Shown in pieces: positions 19,190 through 28,740 of a stretch of DNA of 64,000 nucleotides. The stretch comes from an uncultured Planctomycetaceae bacterium (lineage in GTDB: Bacteria > Planctomycetota > UBA8742 > UBA2392 > JABWBM01): NCBI GenBank assembly GCA_964548115.1, contig CAZJPQ010000008.1:17683-81682 (forward strand), written 5' to 3'. Position 1 is the stretch's first letter. Each line of letters opens with the position of its first letter. Below the pieces are notes generated by a model. It worked only from the letters and a program-made list of their open reading frames with translations. It did not search any database and was not told the origin of the DNA. The translations under genes and the position numbers were made by a program.

Positions 19190-20434
19190 CTAAGCTTCTT
19201 GTCCTTCATAAACCAGCGTTGCAATGGAGATTGGGTTAGTGATGCCTTTGACGTTGATTTCTCCTTTGCTGCGAAACTTAATGGCAACATCAAAACTTTC
19301 AGGGTTTTGAGCATAAAATGCTTTAACCTGTTCAAGAGTTGGCATGCCTGCTAATACTTCTCCACCTGAAGCATTACTGCAAAAGCGAGCTGCCAGGTTA
19401 ACGTGGTGGCCAAGCACAGTATACTGGCTGCTGCGTTCATCTCCAAAAAGACCAACCAGCATATCGCCAGTGTTAATGCCTACTCCAAGCTTAAGCATAT
19501 GGGGATATTCATTGAGAAGAGAAGGAGCTAAGAGTTCGCGCTCAATCCAGGACTGACGCACTGAAGACATTGCACTTTGAAGATCAACTGCCATGCGAAC
19601 GGCCTGGTAAGCATGGCCGGGATGATCAATAGGGGCTGAAAAAATGGCCATCACTTGATCACCCACAAATTTATCAAGGGTGGCTTCGTTGCGCTCGATT
19701 GCTTCCATACACAGGTGAAAGAATTCGTTGAAGACCTGTTGAACTTTTTCAGGAGGAGTCAGTTCACAGAATTTTGTGAAGCTTCGCAGGTCCCCAAAAA
19801 GAACGGTTAAGCTTCGTTTTTCAACGATAAAAGGATCTTCGCCAGTATCAAGCAGGCGAGTAACGATGCTTGGAGAAACCAAGCGCTCAAAGAATTCCCG
19901 TGTTTTTTTGAGCTTTGTAATATCCTCAAGGGTAAGGGTGCCTAGCCCACCGCTCCAAAGAGCTTTAAAATGAAAATGTTCTTCTTCTCCAGTGTTAACA
20001 TTAATGCGCGAAGCTTCAAATTCAGACGGAACATTATCACCAGCTTCCAGAGCATCTTTGAGAAGTGTCGTAAAAACCTGAGGCGCCCAATCAAGGTAAT
20101 CATAATCTTCAATTTTAGGCTTCCTGGAAACAATAGATTTATCCGTAGCTAAGAATTCAGCCATCTTCGTATTGAGTTGAGTAATACGATGTTCTTTGTC
20201 AACGACAAGATAGGCAATATCAAGGCCTGAGATTGATTTTTGTCCGCTGCCAATGCTTGCAGCCATACTTGTGCGCTGATTTGAAAGATAGCCGGACAGG
20301 CTATTCATGGATAGCGTGCCTCCTGGCTGATTGCCAGTTAAAAGGCGGAGCTTGCGCCGCAACTGCTGGTTTTCTTCCTGCAGCAGTTGAAGCTTTTCTT
20401 CGAGCTCTTTTTTTTCCTGTTTGCCTGTAAACAT
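19190..20434 (-). CDS. Class III adenylate cyclase with N-terminal coiled coil and PAS-like region
   Basis: LFGDLRSFT (metal-binding Asp), DKFVGDQVMAIF (adenine-specifying Lys, second Asp), GINTG, YTVLGHHVNLAAR (class IIIb Thr; catalytic Asn and Arg), VKGITNPI. Confidence 0.9.
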   Translation of the reverse strand: MFTGKQEKKELEEKLQLLQEENQQLRRKLRLLTGNQPGGTLSMNSLSGYLSNQRTSMAASIGSGQKSISGLDIAYLVVDKEHRITQLNTKMAEFLATDKSIVSRKPKIEDYDYLDWAPQVFTTLLKDALEAGDNVPSEFEASRINVNTGEEEHFHFKALWSGGLGTLTLEDITKLKKTREFFERLVSPSIVTRLLDTGEDPFIVEKRSLTVLFGDLRSFTKFCELTPPEKVQQVFNEFFHLCMEAIERNEATLDKFVGDQVMAIFSAPIDHPGHAYQAVRMAVDLQSAMSSVRQSWIERELLAPSLLNEYPHMLKLGVGINTGDMLVGLFGDERSSQYTVLGHHVNLAARFCSNASGGEVLAGMPTLEQVKAFYAQNPESFDVAIKFRSKGEINVKGITNPISIATLVYEGQEA

Positions 20435-20537
20435 AAGGAGCTGATAATAACACGCTTTTGGTTTTGTATAAACTTTCTTGTGCAGCTGGGGAGGTATTTT
20501 CTCTGAAAATATATTTTCTTAGAAAAAAAGCCAGAGC

Positions 20538-21248
20538 TTAGAAAAAGCTGTAATCTCCACGGATAATTGATGGGAGTACGGCGTTTGTGCGAAGTTCATC
20601 TCCAAGCATACTCTCAGGACCATGTCCACCATAGATCCATGTTTCTTGAGGAAGCTGAGTTAAGCGTTTCAGTGAAGCATTCATTTTTTGAGGATTTCCA
20701 CCGGGTAAATCTGTACGTCCAACACTGCCGGCAATGATCATATCACCAACAAAACAATCACCTGTGTCAAAGAGGTAGCAAACTCCACCTTCAGTATGGC
20801 CTGGGGTATGAATGACCTCTACGCTTCTTTGTCCAAAGCTGAATTGTTCGTTGTCCTCTACGAAGACTTCAGGTAGTGGTGGGGCTTCTAAATGAGCTGG
20901 AATTCCAACCATAGCTCCTTGTTGGGGTAAAGCTTTGAGAAGCTCAAGATCAGAGTGATGCATCCAGATACGAGCCTCAGGCCAACGTTTTTTAAGCGCA
21001 CTTAACCCCCAGACGTGATCAAGGTGAGCGTGGGTTAGAAAAATTTCATGAAGCTTAAGGGCGTCATCGTCAAGCAGCCCTGCTTCTACGAGCGCTTGAT
21101 CCACAGCGTCTCCTGGATCAACTAAAGCACTTCGACCGCTTTCCTGATCCCGAAGAAACCAGCTGTTTTCTTGAAAAACGCCGGTTATAAAGCGCTGTAT
21201 GAAAAGGGGGTGGGTTGCTCGTTGAAAGTCTTGTTCGCGAAGTGACAT
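20538..21248 (-). CDS. MBL-fold metallo-hydrolase (glyoxalase II / YcbL-like)
   Basis: THAHLDH, HTPGHT, GD, GRTDLPGG, GGHGP. Start chosen at ATG 21248 after AGGGAAAG; the ORF track extends it to 21299. Confidence 0.9.
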   Translation of the reverse strand: MSLREQDFQRATHPLFIQRFITGVFQENSWFLRDQESGRSALVDPGDAVDQALVEAGLLDDDALKLHEIFLTHAHLDHVWGLSALKKRWPEARIWMHHSDLELLKALPQQGAMVGIPAHLEAPPLPEVFVEDNEQFSFGQRSVEVIHTPGHTEGGVCYLFDTGDCFVGDMIIAGSVGRTDLPGGNPQKMNASLKRLTQLPQETWIYGGHGPESMLGDELRTNAVLPSIIRGDYSFF

Positions 21249-21320
21249 TTTGCTTTCCCTGGGGAGTTTGTTGGAAAAAAGTAAAAGAGTTTTGAGCAAA
21301 GAACATAAGTACGTTGCAAT

Positions 21321-24300
21321 CTATTCGTAGTGAAGGGCCTCAACAGCTTCTTTACTAGAAGCAATCATGGCAGGAACAATACCGCAGAAAAATGACCACA
21401 TGATTGTTGGAGCAGCAATGTCAAGCGCTAAGCGTAAGAGCTCCAGGCCTTTAACGCTTGGAATGTATGTAAGGTAATAGACATCTGGTGGAAATAATCG
21501 AACTCCAAAGGTTGTATCAACCCAATCTTCGATTGGGTTCAGGTTTTGGGAAATAAGTATGCCGAGAAAGGCGCCAAGCAGCGTTCCAAAGAGCCCAATG
21601 AAAAGAGCGTTAAACATGAATATACTGCGAATTCCCCAAGGCGAAGCACCAAGGGACTTCAAGATCCCAATATCCTTGACCTTTTCAATTACGGTGAGAT
21701 AGACCACGATTAAAATCACAATTCCAGCAAGTACGATGATAAGAGTAAGCAGTAATGTAAGGATTGTCTTTTCTCGTTCAACGGCCTTAAGCAATTTTGC
21801 CCGCTCAAGCTCCCAAACCGAAACTCGTGAATTATAGGGAGGTGGCAGGCCTTGGGAAAAGAGCGCAGGGTCTAAAGATAAAGTTGTATCTTTCGTCTTT
21901 GAGTCTATACGGAACATTTCCTTTGAAGCTTGGAGCAGGGTTTCTTCAAACTCTTTTTTTAAATCATAAGGTTTGCCATCATATTGCGTATGGTCCTTGA
22001 GCTTGACACCAAAGACGTAGGTGGCAGTACTTGCCCCAAGCAAGCGGGCATAAGAGTGGTAGTCTGTGTACATGGTGTGAAGGTTATCCTCAAAAATGCC
22101 AGAGCGATAAAAAGCATTGATTTGAAATTCTTGTTCTTCGGCTCCAATTCGGGGTTTGCCTTCTTCATCGTGGCTTCTGTGGATGACCATAAGGTTGACC
22201 TTATCCCCAAATCGAAGTCTCATGCGAGAAGCTAAAGCGTCTCCTATCAGAAGCCCGGGGAGTGGAGCACGAATAGACCAGTATTCGTTTTTAATGGCAT
22301 GGTTATAAAGAGGGGAGCAAAAGTCTTCAAAAGCATCACTTTCGTTTTTGAATTGAGTATCGAGAAAGTGATCTATTTTTGTTTGAAGTTGATCAAGCAC
22401 ATCAAAGAGTTGTGCTTGAAGCTCTTCGATCGTTTTTGCCTGTGAGAAAGAAGATTGAATACTTTGGTTTATCTCTGTGCGAAGTTCAGGGAGCAAGTGT
22501 TGCTTGTAAGCTTGCAAGAGATTTTGCGTGAATTTTGATTTTTGATCTTTTGGTAATTGTTCAAGACGATTTTTAAGAAAGCTTGTGAGAACGTGACGAA
22601 CAAAGGTTTTTGCCTGAGTGAACTCTGATATGTGGTGGGCAGGAACCTCGTGTTGAGCCTGAAAAGGAAGACGAAAACGTGCTCGTGTCAAGTATTCGTC
22701 CGGAGTTTCGCCCAGCAAAAGGCGAGTGCGTAAGGGTAAGATCGTTTTATAAGCTTGGTAACGCTTTTGAACTTCCTGCCACTCTTGGTCCCAATTTTTG
22801 AGCAGCTGGGAGAGCGAAGGCTTCATGAATGCAAAATGCGGTAAAATAAAGTCATCGCTTTCTTGAAGACGCAAGAGTGGATTAAGAAGATTAAGATCCC
22901 ATTCGTAATCAAGATCATCAAGCGTTTTTCGGTGCTTTTCAAGGTAGGGAAGGAGTATGGTCTTTTGGATAGATTCCAGCTTTTTGCGAAGAGTATTATT
23001 GAGGGCTCTTGTTGAGTCCTGCTCTTTAAAAGTCCCTTGAAAAAAGCTTTCAAGTTTGGCCGCAATTTTTTTTGTTACTGTGAGATAGTGCTCAGGAGCT
23101 TTTATTTCAAGATTTTCAAGTATCGTAAGGTTGTCTTCGATGATCCTGAAGTAGGAATCTCTAAAGCGGTACAGGATATAGCGTTGCGCCTCAAGAGTTC
23201 CATCAATGAAGTAGTCCTTAAGATAAACAAGGGCTGCAGCATCGCCAGGATAGTGCTTGTCTTCTGGTGTTCCTCGCTTTCGAAGTTCTTTTTCAGAGCT
23301 GCCAGAAGCTTCAACCCAATCCTGGATGAACTCTAAAAGTTCAGCTTGAGTCTCTTGAAAAAGGGGCTTGAGGTCTTCGCCATGAGAGGTTTTGGTAAGG
23401 GCCTTTATTTTTGACTCTAAAAGCTTAAGCAATTTTTTGCCTGGAGAACCAGGGCGAAAACGAATGCGATTCATTTCAGACCAGACAATTTCACTGTTTC
23501 TTTCGACGTAGTAACGTTGTTCTAAGAGTCGAAGATGGGGACGCCAATAAACACGGAAATTGTGCTCTCTTTGGGTTTGGTTTGTACCTTCTGTTTGCTT
23601 GATCGGTAGAACGGCACTGAGCTCCCTGTTTTCCGGAGCACTTTGAGGATCTTCGAAAACCAGTAGAAAATTTAAAATTGCAATCAGGGGTTTAACGTGT
23701 TGGTCTATAATAAAGCGCTGGAGTTCAGAACGAGCTGCGTACTCTCCAATAGAACTTATTTTTAACTCATTTTGGGGGTCAACAGCTAAAATTGAAGTGG
23801 ATGCTTCAAATTGGTTTGATGATTCAAGGCCGTTGATAGGAGCGAAGTTTTGAATTCGTGGCGAAGCTGCGGCAAAGTTGGGATGCTTGCGAACGGCTCT
23901 CCTTAAAAATGTATTATTTGCCTGAAGTCGAGGCAGAAAGAGCGTGTCAGTCACCTCAGAACGAATTCTTTCACGATAGTTTTGCCTTTCTTCCGGATTG
24001 GAAATGAAAGAAAGCCAGATGTTTTCAGGAGTTGCTAAGGGCAATGAGCTTTCTGTTGGAAAAATATCTGAGAGTAAGTGACGTTCCTGCCAGCCTTCCG
24101 GGCTATCGAGTTGAGCAAGTAAGTCTTCGATTTCGGGTTCTGGGTCAGGCCTTTGTGGAATTTCAGAATCTGGGAAACGTCCTCCAGGCATGGAAGAAGT
24201 CTTTTCAGGTCGTTCTCCATCTCTTAATTTATTTTGCACAAGAGAAAGAGCGTGCTGCCAGGAGCTTAAGCTTTTATCACTGTCTTGAATCCGCTTATAA

Positions 24301-25016
24301 TAGTAACGCCAAACTTCTTGTTCCAGGTTCTCAGAGCTTGCATACAGGCTTTCAGGCTGAGAATAAATAAGAACATGACTTAAAGAACCTCGAATCTGTT
24401 CGCGGTAGTCCTTAACAAAACCGTTCATGATTGAGTTTACGACGATTAAAACCCCGATGCCGGCAGCAACTCCAATGATGCTGGCTAAAGCCATGGGGCG
24501 CTTGCGCAGGTAGCGAAAAGAAATAAAAGCACTTGCTGCGTTCGAGAAAGAATGGAAAAGCACCCGACCAAGATACCAGTCAACAAAGAGAAAAAACTGA
24601 AGGGCAATTGCAGCAAAGCTGTACTGAATCCCTTCAGTCCCCCAAAGTATAAAAGTTATTTGAATAGGCAGAAAAAGGTTTAAAATTCCAAGAGCTAAAA
24701 CACTTTGTAAAAATGGCCACAGACGTTTGAGGCTCGTTCCCTTCCCCATAACGATACGTAAGAGCCCAAGGAGAAGGGCATGAATAGGCCAGGTTATGAC
24801 TGAAAGTATCTGTTTAAGCCTTGGTCCAAAAAAACGAAAAACAAGGTATTCGATGATGAGTAAGCATAGTGTTGCAAGATAAAGGATGCCCCCTTCAGGA
24901 CGGTTTGAAAAATTTCCAAGATCTCCAAGCTCGTAGAGTGTCAGGCCTTGCCAGAAAATGAGCCCAAGAGCTAAGAGCACAAAGAGTGCGAGAATACAAA
25001 AACGAAAGATTTGCAT
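21321..25016 (-). CDS. LolC/E-family lipoprotein-releasing ABC permease, greatly enlarged (1231 aa)
   Basis: RYLRKRP..IIGVAAGIGVLIVVNSIMNGF (TM1), LLIGDALASRMRLRFGDKV, EKVKDIGILKSLGAS, FPPDVYYLTYIP, EAVEALHYE. Confidence 0.88.
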   Translation of the reverse strand: MQIFRFCILALFVLLALGLIFWQGLTLYELGDLGNFSNRPEGGILYLATLCLLIIEYLVFRFFGPRLKQILSVITWPIHALLLGLLRIVMGKGTSLKRLWPFLQSVLALGILNLFLPIQITFILWGTEGIQYSFAAIALQFFLFVDWYLGRVLFHSFSNAASAFISFRYLRKRPMALASIIGVAAGIGVLIVVNSIMNGFVKDYREQIRGSLSHVLIYSQPESLYASSENLEQEVWRYYYKRIQDSDKSLSSWQHALSLVQNKLRDGERPEKTSSMPGGRFPDSEIPQRPDPEPEIEDLLAQLDSPEGWQERHLLSDIFPTESSLPLATPENIWLSFISNPEERQNYRERIRSEVTDTLFLPRLQANNTFLRRAVRKHPNFAAASPRIQNFAPINGLESSNQFEASTSILAVDPQNELKISSIGEYAARSELQRFIIDQHVKPLIAILNFLLVFEDPQSAPENRELSAVLPIKQTEGTNQTQREHNFRVYWRPHLRLLEQRYYVERNSEIVWSEMNRIRFRPGSPGKKLLKLLESKIKALTKTSHGEDLKPLFQETQAELLEFIQDWVEASGSSEKELRKRGTPEDKHYPGDAAALVYLKDYFIDGTLEAQRYILYRFRDSYFRIIEDNLTILENLEIKAPEHYLTVTKKIAAKLESFFQGTFKEQDSTRALNNTLRKKLESIQKTILLPYLEKHRKTLDDLDYEWDLNLLNPLLRLQESDDFILPHFAFMKPSLSQLLKNWDQEWQEVQKRYQAYKTILPLRTRLLLGETPDEYLTRARFRLPFQAQHEVPAHHISEFTQAKTFVRHVLTSFLKNRLEQLPKDQKSKFTQNLLQAYKQHLLPELRTEINQSIQSSFSQAKTIEELQAQLFDVLDQLQTKIDHFLDTQFKNESDAFEDFCSPLYNHAIKNEYWSIRAPLPGLLIGDALASRMRLRFGDKVNLMVIHRSHDEEGKPRIGAEEQEFQINAFYRSGIFEDNLHTMYTDYHSYARLLGASTATYVFGVKLKDHTQYDGKPYDLKKEFEETLLQASKEMFRIDSKTKDTTLSLDPALFSQGLPPPYNSRVSVWELERAKLLKAVEREKTILTLLLTLIIVLAGIVILIVVYLTVIEKVKDIGILKSLGASPWGIRSIFMFNALFIGLFGTLLGAFLGILISQNLNPIEDWVDTTFGVRLFPPDVYYLTYIPSVKGLELLRLALDIAAPTIMWSFFCGIVPAMIASSKEAVEALHYE

Positions 25017-25236
25017 ACTTTTCCAGTCGTTATGATGCTTTGATTTTCCTGATGATTGATAGAGGTTTTATGTCATAATACAAGCTGATAAATTCTTCTA
25101 ACGCTTTTACGTCTAAAGCCTTTGGAAGAAAAGAGGATTTTCTTTCCTTGGACAAGATAGAAAGGTTCCTTTGTCGAAGGTTTTTTATTTTATTCGCGCA
25201 GCTTTGTTGTCTGTACGTTTTTGTATTGCAGGGCAT

Positions 25237-26418
25237 TTAAGAATCTTGGGATGGAATAGGTTTACTTTGTGGAAAACTATAATGAGTTCGTTGTTGGCGA
25301 ATCTGCTCAATTTTTAAAAGCTTGTCGCCAGGGCGTAATTTTTCAAGCACTGTTTTAAAGATGTCTTGAGAGTATTGTGTTTTACCCGCCAGCAGGGCTT
25401 GAGGATCAATTTTTGCTTCTGGTTCTAATACTTTCCCAAAAATTGGATACTTGTTTTGCCATGAAGGGATTTCACCATCCACCAGGTTCAAAAAAGCATG
25501 CCCTGGGAGTATGGCATTTTCTTCTGTCAGCATGGCAAGCGTTCCGCGTCGGTGGGGAAGTCCAGGTGTTGGCTCTGAAGCATCATTTAATTTTTTTACA
25601 AAGCTATGATTGCTTTGGTCTGGATTCCCAAATTGAGCAAGCTTGAGGTTTTCTCCACCATTCGCTTTACTGAAAGGGCAAACACGATAAAAGATGCAGT
25701 CGCGCTCCCAATAGCCTTGTTCGAGCAGGGATAAAAAGGCTGCCACGGCCTGAGGAGCCTGGTCTTCGAGCAGCTCAACGAGAAAATCTCCCTTGGTTGT
25801 ATGAAAGCGTACTATGGGATTGTGCCCAGGGACAACACGATAATGAAGCTTTTCCTGATGGCTGCGATAGATTTCTTGAAGATCGTCAAGGTTTTGAAAA
25901 GAAAGAAGATAGCCGCTGGCATCAAGAAAGACGACTTCGCCTGGTTGCAGACTGATGAAATCTGGAATTGATTTGCTTGCCGCTCGTTTCGAAAGTTTTC
26001 CTGTAGCTATTTTATCGCCATCAACAACGACTAAAGCTCCTTTATACCAGAAGGAGAAATGGTCGTTGTGTTTTTTGGGATTAATGCCTAAGACAAGCCA
26101 CTTGCCAACTTGTTGGTAGTGCTCTGGCTCAAGGGTTTGAGCTAACTTCTCTATTTCTGGTGGTGGAAATTCAAAATTTTCACCATGCTTTCGCACGTGG
26201 AGAAAATCACAGAATATTAAGGCTTTTTCACTTCGGATGATCTGAACAAGAGCTTCATCAGGATCAAAACCAGAAGTTTCAGCGATTGTCAGGATCTTCG
26301 TGTCTTTTTCGTAAAAAACCTCTCGAATACTTCCGTTTATTTGGCAGCTGCTGAATGTCAGGCAAGCATAAACCAGAACAACAACAAATAGAAAAGCAGG
26401 AACGAAGGGTTTTGTCAT
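25237..26418 (-). CDS. Probable lipoprotein with a divergent C-terminal cyclophilin-type PPIase domain
   Basis: Signal ending FSSC; VRFHTTKGDFLVELLEDQAPQAVAAF, FYRV, HRRGTLAM, YPIFGKV. Confidence 0.8.
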   Translation of the reverse strand: MTKPFVPAFLFVVVLVYACLTFSSCQINGSIREVFYEKDTKILTIAETSGFDPDEALVQIIRSEKALIFCDFLHVRKHGENFEFPPPEIEKLAQTLEPEHYQQVGKWLVLGINPKKHNDHFSFWYKGALVVVDGDKIATGKLSKRAASKSIPDFISLQPGEVVFLDASGYLLSFQNLDDLQEIYRSHQEKLHYRVVPGHNPIVRFHTTKGDFLVELLEDQAPQAVAAFLSLLEQGYWERDCIFYRVCPFSKANGGENLKLAQFGNPDQSNHSFVKKLNDASEPTPGLPHRRGTLAMLTEENAILPGHAFLNLVDGEIPSWQNKYPIFGKVLEPEAKIDPQALLAGKTQYSQDIFKTVLEKLRPGDKLLKIEQIRQQRTHYSFPQSKPIPSQDS

Positions 26419-26673
26419 AGTCTTTAAACTTGGTCTTTAAACTTGAGAGGCTTATTTCAGGGGCTTATTCAAGAAAAGGGATAAGCTGAAAGAAAAACTG
26501 AAACCGCATGTTTGTTGATAAGAAGCTCTAAAGTTGCTTCAAAATTTACTCTTACAAAAATTTTCAGGCTTGGCAAAATGAGAAACAAAAGAGCGTCTTT
26601 TTTATCGTAAGAATGCTTGAGTCAAAGCTGAGAGAAGTCACTTTTTTGTTGGCGTTTAAGAGTATTTAAGGTC

Positions 26674-26750
<77 letters not shown>

Positions 26751-26908
26751 ACCTTGAAGCTTTCAAGTTTGATAGCAAAGCTGGCTTTACTCTCTTTTTC
26801 AATGAAAAAAAGTTTTCCAAAGTAAAAAAATAATACCAACTCCTGAAACGAGAATAATTTTTCCTTTTACAATTCTTCAATTATATACGGCATATACAGC
26901 AAAAGAAA

Positions 26909-27370
26909 TTAGCGAGCAGGTTTTAAATCTCCTGGATTTCTCAGCATTTTTTCAACTTCTGAAATATGGGCTTCTTCGGCTAAAATCATAGAACGAGCAT
27001 ATTCTTCAAGCCATACATTTTTGTCTTCAACTTCTTTGAGGAGCTCGTAATAAAGCTTAATGCTTTCCCGTTCATGTTCAAGGGTTTCGGTCAGGATGCT
27101 GTCGATGCTGTGCTGCTCCGTTTCAAGCAGTTTTCCTATTTTTAAAGAAGGGTGACCGCCAAGGCTCGTGATATGATCTCCAGCTTGATGGGCATGTACC
27201 AATGATTCATCAGCCTGGGTTCGCATCCAGCTGATAATAGGAATTCGGGCGTGACCAAAAATCATTAATGAATAATGAGTATAGCGAACAACTCCTGCAA
27301 GTTCCGTTTCAAGAATTGAATTTAAGGCTTCAATAACTTTATCTTTGTCGTAATTCTCTGATTGTTCCAT
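26909..27370 (-). CDS. Bacterioferritin-like ferritin superfamily protein (apparently lacks the heme-ligating Met)
   Basis: LETELAGVVRY, ADESLVHA, ITSLGGHP, EHE, EEAH ferroxidase pattern. Start chosen at the second Met, which follows AAGGAGG. Confidence 0.85.
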   Translation of the reverse strand: MEQSENYDKDKVIEALNSILETELAGVVRYTHYSLMIFGHARIPIISWMRTQADESLVHAHQAGDHITSLGGHPSLKIGKLLETEQHSIDSILTETLEHERESIKLYYELLKEVEDKNVWLEEYARSMILAEEAHISEVEKMLRNPGDLKPAR

Positions 27371-27742
27371 AACTTCCTCCTTCATAATCTTTCATGTGTT
27401 GCAGTGGTCTCGTTTCTCGTTTTATAAAGCACTTTTCTTTTGCTGAAAGAATAGTGCAGCTTTATTTTGCGTTATCTTAACTCTAAGACCTGCAAACTAC
27501 CAGTAGTTTTCTTTGGCTCCCTTGGATTCGTTCAAAGTAATAGCCTTAAAAACAAGAGTTTTGTTTTGTTTTCCGTGTTAAGGTATAACTTTGCTTTCTT
27601 CAATAGCATCAATAGCATTATACTTTTTAGAAGTCTGTTACGTTGTCGATTGAGGTAAGAATACTTATTTATAAAGATCTTGCGGAATACTTTTCAAGCT
27701 TGTGGTTTTGTTGTGCCGCTCGAGCATAAGGATTATGAAGTT

Positions 27743-28723
27743 ATGGCTTCTTCTATTCCTCGCATTCTTTTTTGCAGTGAGAATTTACAGCTTGGAGGGC
27801 TGTGCTTGCTTGAACTAGCGCGTATGCACAGCCGAAAGCAAATCGAGCTTGTAGCTCTCTGGTCAAACCAAACTTTAAGATCATATCCCTTATTATCCGG
27901 TTCAGAACGAAAGCGACTTCTTCAGGCTGAAACGATTAAGCTATCCATGGAGCCAGCGGATGAAGGTGTTTCTTTTCAAGGGGTTTATATTCCAGATTAT
28001 TCAAGCCTGGCTCAAGAGTTAGAGATGCCTTATCATCAGGTTCTTCATTTTAACACGCCATTTGTTGCTCTTGCCATGAAAGAGCTTAAGCTTGATGTTG
28101 CTATAAGCTGTGGCCATGCTCAAATTTTCAACCAGGCTTGTCTCAAGGCTCCTCGAATGGGGTGGATTAATTTTCACCCTTCTCTTTTACCCCATTACCG
28201 AGGGCCTTTTCCTGCTTTTTGGGAGCTTCGAGCAGGAGTATCTCAAAGTGGTGTTTCCATGCACCTTTTAACGGAAAAAATAGATGCAGGCCCTCTTTTG
28301 GCTCAAGAAGCTTTTGAGCTTTATCAAGGCATTTCCTTTCAGGCTATAGTAGAAAAGCAGGCAGAAATCTGTGCTGATTTAAGTCATAAGCACTTAGAGG
28401 CTTATATCAAGGGGGAACTTGAAGCTCAGCCCCAGCCACCAGGAGGCAGCTATCAAAGTAAGCCAAGGCCAAAAGATTTTATGATTGATGCTCAGATGAA
28501 ATGTTCGGCCATTGCTTGTTTTGTCAAAGGATTTGCTGCTTCTGTGCCACTTTTTTTAAAAGCAAATGCTCAGACCTATCGTATTCAAGGTATTTTAGGC
28601 TTTCAAGAAGGGGAGAAGCAGCCTCCTGGCACTTTGAATAAGTTAAGGGATCAACGCTATAGCTACGGGTGTATTGATGGTTGTGTGCATTTGCTTTTAA
28701 GTCCTTTTGCAGGACAGAGTTAG
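27743..28723 (+). CDS. Formyltransferase, Fmt-like family
   Basis: INFHPSLLPHYRGP, GVSMH...IDAGP, YQSKP...ID C-terminal remnant. Start chosen at ATG 27743 after AAGGA; the ORF track starts at 27680. Confidence 0.85.
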   Translation: MASSIPRILFCSENLQLGGLCLLELARMHSRKQIELVALWSNQTLRSYPLLSGSERKRLLQAETIKLSMEPADEGVSFQGVYIPDYSSLAQELEMPYHQVLHFNTPFVALAMKELKLDVAISCGHAQIFNQACLKAPRMGWINFHPSLLPHYRGPFPAFWELRAGVSQSGVSMHLLTEKIDAGPLLAQEAFELYQGISFQAIVEKQAEICADLSHKHLEAYIKGELEAQPQPPGGSYQSKPRPKDFMIDAQMKCSAIACFVKGFAASVPLFLKANAQTYRIQGILGFQEGEKQPPGTLNKLRDQRYSYGCIDGCVHLLLSPFAGQS

Positions 28724-28740
28724 ATTAAAGGACCAAAGGC

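Noticed and set aside
19190-19420. GHHVN instead of GD.VN in the adenylate cyclase as a sign of inactivity or altered specificity
   Set aside because: The specificity Lys and Thr, both metal-binding Asp residues and the catalytic Asn/Arg are present; the varied position is not one of them.
26909-27385. Bacterioferritin lacking the heme Met and with ESLVH spacing as a novelty
   Set aside because: Matches a heme-free ferritin-like subfamily pattern I recognise as widespread; no Fur-like box seen upstream.
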